Origin: Novosphingobium sp.
GTDB lineage: Bacteria; Pseudomonadota; Alphaproteobacteria; Sphingomonadales; Sphingomonadaceae
Length of the DNA stretch: 34,809 bases
Direction: 5' to 3'
Assembly: GCA_031370725.1 (NCBI GenBank)
Contig: JANMQW010000020.1
Coordinates: 1 to 34,809, forward strand
The notes under the pieces: generated by a model
Told to the model about the DNA's origin: nothing
Database searches by the model: none
Seen by the model: only the letters and a program-made list of their open reading frames with translations
Program-made: the position numbers and the translations under genes
In this document: in pieces, positions 28,638 to 34,809 of the stretch
How the letters are laid out: each line of letters opens with the position of its first letter
How positions within the stretch are numbered: position 1 is the stretch's first letter

Positions 28638-30425
28638 TCAGGCGACATTCTCGGCAACAGTGGCCGATACGGCCGCACGTTCCTTGACCAGCACGAAATT
28701 GCCGAGGCACAGCGCGTCCATATCGGTGCGCAGGAAGCACGCGAGCGCCTGTTCCGGCGTATCGACGACCGGTTCGTTTTCGTTGAACGACGTGTTCAGC
28801 ACGACGCCGATCCCGGTACGCCGCTTCACCGCAGTAATTAGCTGGTGATAGAGCGCATTGAACTGGCGATCGACGCTTTGCAGGCGGCCCGTACCATCGA
28901 CATGCGTGATCGCGGGCATGCGCTCGCGCCATTCGGGTTTAAGTTTGACCACATGCATCATGAACGGACTGTAGACGTCTTGTTCGAAATAGGTTCCGAC
29001 GTCTTCTTGAAGCACGCTCGGCGCGAACGGACGAAAACTTTCGCGCCGTTTGATCTTGGTGTTGATCGTGTCCTTCATCGTCGGGATCGCCGGATTTGCC
29101 AGGATCGAGCGATTGCCGAGCGCGCGCGGACCCCATTCGCTGCGGCCCTGGTACCAGCCGGTGACATAGCCATCGGCGATCAGATTGGCGACGCGTTCGA
29201 CAGTCGCATCGGCACTCGCCAACTCCTCGACCTGGATCCCGGCACCCGCGCTGGAGGCGACTTTCCGCAACCGCGCCATGTCGTATTGCGGGCCCCAGAA
29301 GGCATGTCGCATATGGAAGCGTTCGGCGCCCCCCGCGACATTGTGCCAGGCCCACAGCGCGGCGCCGAGGCAGGTGCCGTCGTCGGAAGCCGCTGCTTGC
29401 AGATAGGGCGTGCGGAAGTCGGTTTCGCGGAGCAGGCGGGCGTTAGCGACCCCGTTGAGCGCGCACCCGCCGGCCATCGCGATATTCTCGCTGGGCACCA
29501 GGCGATGCAGGCGCCGGAGGCAATGCATCGCGGCGTCCTCGAAGCGGACCTGGACCGAGCGCGCGATGTCCATGTCGCGTTGGCTGGTCGTGCCTCGGGG
29601 CGTCGGTGGCCCAAGCTCGGCGACCAGCTTGTCGGTGTAGAAGCGCCCCATCACCACGTGGCCTTCCTCGGTAGCAGCGCCGCTTTCACCGCCGCTGTGC
29701 ATACCGAAATAACCCTTGGCGAGTCTGTACCAGCCATTGTCGGGAAGCTGCACCAGTTTGCGCATCAGGTCGGCATGATTGTCCTGGCCGTAAGGGGCCA
29801 GCCCCATGACCTTGTATTCCTCGCCGAACGCGTCGAACCCGATGTACTGGCACAGCGCGGTGTAGAAGAAGCCAAGGCTATCGGGCAGGTGGACTTTGTC
29901 GAGAATCTCGATCCTGTCACCCTCGCACCGCGCCGCCATCATCGAAACGAAATCGCCCGATGCGTCATAGGAGAATCCGGCGGTGAGGGTTTCGAACGGC
30001 GAACAATAATAGGACGAAGCGATGTGGGCGAGGTGGTGCTCGACCGGTACGGTCTTGAAACGAACTTTGGTCGGGTCTTCGTCGCAAATCTCGGAAAGCC
30101 GGTCGAGCATCGAGATCGTCGCGTCCGAGCGCCGCAAGTGGGTTAGCCCGGCCTGGACCCCGGTTGCCGGATTGCGCCCGACATAGTTGAGCTTGGCCCA
30201 TCGGTTGGCGCGGGTGTTGCGCGGGATCGCGACCAGATCGATATCCGACAGGCGCAGGCCGTTATCGGCCAGCAACCAGCGAATCGCTTCACGCGGAAAA
30301 GCCGAGCTGTGCTTTACTCGCTTGCCCAGCCGCTCCTCGGCGACTGCCCCCACCAGCTTGCCGTCGATCAGCAGGCAGGCAGCGGAATCTGCGTGGAAGG
30401 CGTTGAGGCCCAGGATGGCAGACAT
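28638..30425 (-). CDS. NodU/CmcH-family O-carbamoyltransferase
   Basis: Motifs HADSAACL, AVAEER, EHHLAHIAS, SLG.FY, EYKVMGLAPYG, AGGCALN, EWGPRALGNRSILA, K.RESFRPFAPS, HVDGTGR.Q and LNTSFN. SD GAGGA precedes ATG 30425. Confidence 0.95.
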   Translation of the reverse strand: MSAILGLNAFHADSAACLLIDGKLVGAVAEERLGKRVKHSSAFPREAIRWLLADNGLRLSDIDLVAIPRNTRANRWAKLNYVGRNPATGVQAGLTHLRRSDATISMLDRLSEICDEDPTKVRFKTVPVEHHLAHIASSYYCSPFETLTAGFSYDASGDFVSMMAARCEGDRIEILDKVHLPDSLGFFYTALCQYIGFDAFGEEYKVMGLAPYGQDNHADLMRKLVQLPDNGWYRLAKGYFGMHSGGESGAATEEGHVVMGRFYTDKLVAELGPPTPRGTTSQRDMDIARSVQVRFEDAAMHCLRRLHRLVPSENIAMAGGCALNGVANARLLRETDFRTPYLQAAASDDGTCLGAALWAWHNVAGGAERFHMRHAFWGPQYDMARLRKVASSAGAGIQVEELASADATVERVANLIADGYVTGWYQGRSEWGPRALGNRSILANPAIPTMKDTINTKIKRRESFRPFAPSVLQEDVGTYFEQDVYSPFMMHVVKLKPEWRERMPAITHVDGTGRLQSVDRQFNALYHQLITAVKRRTGIGVVLNTSFNENEPVVDTPEQALACFLRTDMDALCLGNFVLVKERAAVSATVAENVA

Positions 30426-30449
30426 GCGAGCGATTCCTCGTTCTGGGAA

Positions 30450-30544
30450 GCCCGGACGCGGCAGCGCCGGCTCGAAATCGCGGCGCAGGGCCGCTTGCGA
30501 GTGGCGGCTGGTAGGGATTTCGAGCCCATCAGACAAGTCCGGGC
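30450..30544. repeat. Nested inverted repeats (8+11+5 bp) forming a long interrupted stem-loop
   Basis: GCCCGGAC(30450-57)/GTCCGGGC(30537-44); GGCTCGAAATC(30469-79)/GATTTCGAGCC(30516-26); GCCGC(30490-94)/GCGGC(30504-08). Confidence 0.8.
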
Positions 30545-30572
30545 GCGCACCCGCGCCGGCCGGCAAACGGAC

Positions 30573-31877
30573 TCAGCCTGCCAGGCGCAAGCTTTCGCCA
30601 GGCTTGGCCGCTTCGGGCTGGTCGGGCCAGATACCGCGGGTGTCGTAAACCGCGGCGCGGCTGCGTTCGGCCAGCGGGACCACGCGGAAAACGTCGTGAT
30701 CGACCAGCACGATGAGTACGCCGCAGCTTTCCAGCGCGGTATCGAGATCGACCAGCGTCGCGCCGGTATCGGTGAATTCGATTGGCAGTTTGACGACGTA
30801 CGGCTCGACCACCGCGACGCGCGCGCCATAGCGGCGCGCCAGCGTGGCTGCGACCAACCGCGCCGGGCTTTCGCGGAAGTCGTCGATGTTGGCCTTGAAC
30901 GCGAGGCCGAGACAGGCGATTCGGGCGTCGGGGTGCGCCTCGACCAGCACGGCGGCGCGGGCTATTACGTGGTGGATCTTCGAATCGTTGACCGTTCGCG
31001 CGGTGCGGATCAGCGGGGTTTCGTCGGGCGCGCCATGGACGATGAACCACGGGTCGACCGCAATGCAGTGCCCGCCCACGCCCGGTCCGGGGGTCAGGAT
31101 GTTCACGCGGGGATGGCGGTTGGCGAGGCGGATCACTTCCCACACGTCGAGGCCCATGCGGTCGGCGACGATCGAGAGTTCGTTGGCGAAGGCGATGTTG
31201 ACGTCGCGATAGGCGTTCTCGACCAGCTTGGTCATTTCGGCACTGCGCGCATCGGTGGTCACGCAAGTGCCGCGCACGAAGCGCTTGTAGAACGCCAGCG
31301 CCTTGCGCGCACAGCGCGGCGTGATCCCGCCGATCGAGCGATCGTTGTTGGTCAGTTCTTCGAGGATATGGCCGGGCAGGACGCGTTCGGGGCAATATGC
31401 GATCGATACGTCGGGGGTTTCGCGGGTGCGTCCTGGCATCCGCAGGTCGGACCGCAATCCCGCCAACAGATCGCGGACCTGTTCGGTGGTACCGACCGGG
31501 GAGGTCGATTCAAGGATCACCAGATCGCCCGGCTTGAGCACCGCGGCAATTTCGGTGGCAGCGGCCAAGACATAGGAGATGTCGGGTGTGTGGTGGTCGT
31601 CCTTGGCGAACGGGGTCGGCACCGCGACGACATAGACGTCGCACGGCTCGATCCGCGTACTGGCGCGCAGCAGGCCGCGCTGGACGACGCCTTGGACCAG
31701 CCCGTCGAGATCGACTTCCTCAATGTGGATTTCGCCGCGGTTGATCGTATCGACCACGTGCTGCGACACATCGAGCCCGAGCACCGGGCACCCGCCGCGG
31801 GCGATGATCGCCGCGGTCGGCAGCCCGATATAGCCGAGGCCGACGACGCAGACGGCGGGCTTGGTATCGCTGAGCAT
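30573..31877 (-). CDS. wecC: UDP-N-acetyl-D-mannosamine dehydrogenase
   Basis: Motifs VVGLGYIGLPTA, IHIEE.DL, ESTSPVGTT, CPERVLPG, KLVENAYRDVNIAFANE, PGPGVGGHCIAVDPWF and GLAFK.NIDD.RESP. Confidence 0.95.
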   Translation of the reverse strand: MLSDTKPAVCVVGLGYIGLPTAAIIARGGCPVLGLDVSQHVVDTINRGEIHIEEVDLDGLVQGVVQRGLLRASTRIEPCDVYVVAVPTPFAKDDHHTPDISYVLAAATEIAAVLKPGDLVILESTSPVGTTEQVRDLLAGLRSDLRMPGRTRETPDVSIAYCPERVLPGHILEELTNNDRSIGGITPRCARKALAFYKRFVRGTCVTTDARSAEMTKLVENAYRDVNIAFANELSIVADRMGLDVWEVIRLANRHPRVNILTPGPGVGGHCIAVDPWFIVHGAPDETPLIRTARTVNDSKIHHVIARAAVLVEAHPDARIACLGLAFKANIDDFRESPARLVAATLARRYGARVAVVEPYVVKLPIEFTDTGATLVDLDTALESCGVLIVLVDHDVFRVVPLAERSRAAVYDTRGIWPDQPEAAKPGESLRLAG

Positions 31878-31971
31878 GGTCGGTCCGTTCGTGCGTGACT
31901 GTCGTTGGGCAAAGCACTGCCAGCGCAGGGTGAAGATTTCGGTAACGACGTTGGGCTAGGGAGAGCGCCGA

Positions 31972-32000
31972 TTGCTGGCTGACAGACGCGCGGGTAGGCT
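31972..32000 (+). promoter_or_regulatory. Putative sigma70 promoter TTGCTG-N17-TAGGCT for the epimerase gene
   Basis: -35 at 31972-77 and -10 at 31995-32000. A strong SD AAGGGGAG (32007-14) precedes ATG 32023. Confidence 0.5.
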
Positions 32001-32022
32001 GGGATCAAGGGGAGCTGTCACG

Positions 32023-33021
32023 ATGCGGATACTGGTCACCGGAGCTGCTGGCTTCATCGGGGCGGCGGTGAGCGCGGCGTTGATCGCGCGCGGCGATGCG
32101 GTGATCGGGTTCGACAACCTCAACGACTACTACCCGGTGGCTTTGAAGCAGGCGCGGTTGGCGCGGCTGGTGGCGCAGGGCGGCAATCGGTTTGCCTTCG
32201 AACAACTCGACTTTGCCGATGCCGCCGCGTTCGACGCAGCACTCGCCCCGCTGGAATTCGACCGGATTGTCCACCTCGGCGCGCAGGCAGGGGTGCGCTA
32301 TTCGATCGAGAACCCGCACGCCTATGTGCAATCGAACCTCGTCGGGCACCTCAACCTGCTCGAGGTCGCGCGCCACCGCGGGGTCGCGCACATGGTCTAT
32401 GCCAGTTCCTCGTCGGTCTATGGCGCGAACGCCAAGCAGCCGTTTTCGGTCGAAGACCGGGTCGATCACCCGCTCTCGCTCTATGCCGCGACCAAAAAGG
32501 CCGACGAGCTGATGAGCGAAACGTATTCCCACCTCTATCGCCTGCCGCTGACCGGCTTGCGGTTCTTCACCGTCTACGGCCCGTGGGGGCGGCCCGACAT
32601 GATGCTGTGGCTGTTCACCAGCGCAATCCTGGAAGGCCGCCCGATCAGCGTGTTCAACCACGGCGAGATGTGGCGCGATTTCACCTATATCGACGATAAC
32701 GTCGCCGGGGTGCTGGCCGCGCTCGACAACCCGCCGCCCGACGATGGCGCGATCAAGCCAGGCGGCAGCACCAAGCCGCACCGCATCTACAATATCGGCA
32801 ACAACCGCTCCGAGCACCTGATGAGAGTGGTCGGGCTGATCGAGGCTGGATGCGGAAAGTCAGCTGAAAAGATCATGCTGCCGATGCAGGCGGGCGACGT
32901 GCCGAGTACCCATGCCGATATCGACGCAATCGCGAACGATCTGGGCTATGCACCGACGACGCCGATTGAGGTAGGGGTCCCGGCCTTCGTGCGGTGGTAT
33001 CGCGACTATCACGGGGTCTAA
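32023..33021 (+). CDS. uge: UDP-glucuronate 4-epimerase (Uge/LspL/CapI-like)
   Basis: Motifs ILVTGAAGFIG, DNLNDYY...LK.ARL, HLGAQAGVRYSIENP, YASSSSVYG, YAATKKA and LRFFTVYGPWGRPDM. Confidence 0.92.
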   Translation: MRILVTGAAGFIGAAVSAALIARGDAVIGFDNLNDYYPVALKQARLARLVAQGGNRFAFEQLDFADAAAFDAALAPLEFDRIVHLGAQAGVRYSIENPHAYVQSNLVGHLNLLEVARHRGVAHMVYASSSSVYGANAKQPFSVEDRVDHPLSLYAATKKADELMSETYSHLYRLPLTGLRFFTVYGPWGRPDMMLWLFTSAILEGRPISVFNHGEMWRDFTYIDDNVAGVLAALDNPPPDDGAIKPGGSTKPHRIYNIGNNRSEHLMRVVGLIEAGCGKSAEKIMLPMQAGDVPSTHADIDAIANDLGYAPTTPIEVGVPAFVRWYRDYHGV

Positions 33022-34136
33022 CCCGCCAGCAACTCCACGATCCGCTGCGCCGCATGGCCATCGCCGAACGGATTGTGGGCGCGGGCCATAGCGGCGTATT
33101 CGGCTTCGTTGTCGAGCAAACGGAAGGTTTCGCGCACGATCCGGTCGGCATCGGTGCCGACCAGCCGGGCGGTGCCGGCATCGACTCCCTCGGGCCGCTC
33201 GGTGGTCTCGCGCATGACCAACACCGGCTTGCCCAGCGCGGGGGCTTCTTCCTGGACCCCGCCGCTGTCGGTAAGCATCAGCGTGCTGATCGCGATCAGA
33301 CGGGCGAAGTGCGGATAATCGAGCGGTTCGATCAGCGCCACATTGCTAAGCCCCGCGAGTTCGGCCTGCATGACCGCGCGCACGTTCGGGTTGAGGTGGA
33401 CCGGGAAGATCACCGCCACATCGGGCCGCGCCGCGATCCGCCTCACCGCATCGGCGATGCCGCGCATGCCCTCGCCAAAGTTTTCGCGGCGGTGGCTGGT
33501 CAGGCCGATGATCCGTTTGCCCGCAAAGCGCACCTCCAGCTCGGCCAGCCCCGCAACCAGTGCCGGATCGGCCTCGCTTTTAGCGACGATCCAGTGGAGC
33601 GCATCGATCACGGTGTTTCCGGTGACGTGGACGGTGGCCGGATCGACGTTTTCGCGCAGCAGCGCCGCCGCAGAAACTTCGGTGGGCGCGCAGTGCAGCG
33701 CGGCGATCGTGCCGATGATCTTGCGATTGACCTCTTCGGGCCAGGGGTGGTGAATGTTGCCGCTGCGCAAGCCGGCCTCGACGTGGACCACCGGGATCTT
33801 GCGATAATAGGCGGCGAGCGCACCGGCCATCGCGGTCGCGGTATCGCCCTGGACGACCACCCGGTCGGGACGTTCGGCATCCATCACCCCGCCCAGCCCG
33901 GTGAGCAGCGCGGCGGTCAGCCCGTCGAGCGTCTGGTCAGGGCGCATCAGGTCGAGATCGTGCGCCGGGACGATCCCGGCAATGTCCAGCACCTGATCGA
34001 GCATGCCGCGGTGCTGCGCCGAAACGCAGGCGACCGAGACAAATCGCGGATCGCCCTCAAGCGCGTGGAGCAGCGGGAACAGCTTGATCGCTTCAGGTCT
34101 GGTGCCGAAGATGGTGAGGATGCGGCGCGGGTTCAT
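33018..34136 (-). CDS. wecB: UDP-N-acetylglucosamine 2-epimerase (non-hydrolysing)
   Basis: Motifs IFGTRPEAIK, QGDT, HVEAGLRS, PEE.NR, TGNTVIDAL, HRRENFG, TDSGGVQEEAP and NPFGDG. Confidence 0.97.
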   Translation of the reverse strand: MNPRRILTIFGTRPEAIKLFPLLHALEGDPRFVSVACVSAQHRGMLDQVLDIAGIVPAHDLDLMRPDQTLDGLTAALLTGLGGVMDAERPDRVVVQGDTATAMAGALAAYYRKIPVVHVEAGLRSGNIHHPWPEEVNRKIIGTIAALHCAPTEVSAAALLRENVDPATVHVTGNTVIDALHWIVAKSEADPALVAGLAELEVRFAGKRIIGLTSHRRENFGEGMRGIADAVRRIAARPDVAVIFPVHLNPNVRAVMQAELAGLSNVALIEPLDYPHFARLIAISTLMLTDSGGVQEEAPALGKPVLVMRETTERPEGVDAGTARLVGTDADRIVRETFRLLDNEAEYAAMARAHNPFGDGHAAQRIVELLAG

Positions 34137-34178
34137 AAGCCGCGCGCTTAGCCCAAAGCGGTTAACGCGGCGAGAACA

Positions 34179-34757
34179 CTACTGGCCGGGCGTCTTGGGC
34201 GGCGCAGGCAGCGGCGCAGCGGTGCCTGGAGTTTCAGCGTCGCGCTCGGCCTTGATCCTGGCATCGTATTCCTTCTCGAGCTGCTCGACCCGCGCCTGGG
34301 TGGCGGCAGCTTCGGAGTCGAGGGTCGAAAGGCGCTTGGCGCGTTCGGTTTCGATCAGCTGGCCAAAGCGGATGTCGCCGCCCTCGCGCTTTTCAGCGTA
34401 AGCGGCGTCGATCAGCTTGGCCATGCACCCGGTCGCGCCGCCCGATCCGACCGGCGAGCAGCTCGCGATGCCTTGCGAGCCGACGGTTTCATAGGCTTGG
34501 ACGCGATCGGTCCACGCCTCGTTCTTGGGCGACAGCGGATCGCCGCGCAGCACTTCGGGAATCCGATAACGCTCACCCTCGCCCTTGCGCGCGCAGACCG
34601 TGATCTCGTTTTCCTTGGATTGCGGGCAGACATCGTCGCCATAGACAATCAGCTGATTGACCTTCTCCCCATCCGCCTGGGCCAGCGCGGGCGCGGCACC
34701 ACAAAGCAGCGCCAGTGGGCTGAGAGCGAGAGTGAGTAACGCGGCGGTCCTAGTCAT
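34179..34757 (-). CDS. Secreted hypothetical protein with four cysteines and a C-terminal coiled coil
   Basis: Signal peptide (..APALA-Q), IVYGDDVCP...ITVC, and SCSPVG.GG.TGC. SD AGGA upstream. Confidence 0.8.
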   Translation of the reverse strand: MTRTAALLTLALSPLALLCGAAPALAQADGEKVNQLIVYGDDVCPQSKENEITVCARKGEGERYRIPEVLRGDPLSPKNEAWTDRVQAYETVGSQGIASCSPVGSGGATGCMAKLIDAAYAEKREGGDIRFGQLIETERAKRLSTLDSEAAATQARVEQLEKEYDARIKAERDAETPGTAAPLPAPPKTPGQ

Positions 34758-34809
34758 GGTTTTAATCCTGATCGTGCAGCACCGGATTAGCGCAACCCGG
34801 CGGTGAATG

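Noticed and set aside
5917-30425. Nod-factor biosynthesis cluster
   Set aside because: No nodA, nodB, nodC or nodZ. The shared enzyme families sit in a Wzx/Wzy/Wza/Wzc context.
34137-34178. CtrA box or terminator upstream of wecB
   Set aside because: Only one TTAAC half-site and an imperfect stem without a U-tract.
1-34809. CRISPR arrays, tRNA/rRNA, IS/integrase genes, JUMPStart/ops leader
   Set aside because: No spaced direct repeats, RNA-gene signatures or transposase motifs. No ops-like sequence was seen in a leader by eye.

Overview
GC-rich alphaproteobacterial DNA, most consistent with a sphingomonad (Novosphingobium/Erythrobacter-like); the taxon is inferred from gene order and protein style only. 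Positions 1-4820 are housekeeping genes: a PhzF-family gene (partial), a fieF-like CDF transporter, pdxH, a class-B J-domain protein, yihY and fabI. Positions 4926-34136 form one ~29 kb Wzx/Wzy-dependent capsule/exopolysaccharide locus in six strand-switched blocks. It encodes a WecA-type initiator, GDP-fucose synthesis (gmd/fcl), an O-antigen-ligase-family protein, Wza/Wzc plus an uncharacterised partner, four glycosyltransferases, a short CDP-sugar pathway (rfbF, rfbG, SDR reductase), Wzy and Wzx. It also carries three methyltransferase-type genes (DUF268, class I, FkbM), a NodU/CmcH carbamoyltransferase, a 692-aa Tat lipoprotein with a beta-helix-type N-terminus, wecC/wecB and a UDP-GlcA 4-epimerase. 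The best candidate for an undescribed system is the carbamoyl/methyl tailoring module with its Tat-exported putative depolymerase, preceded by a ~95-nt nested stem-loop leader. No rRNA, tRNA, CRISPR or mobile element was seen.
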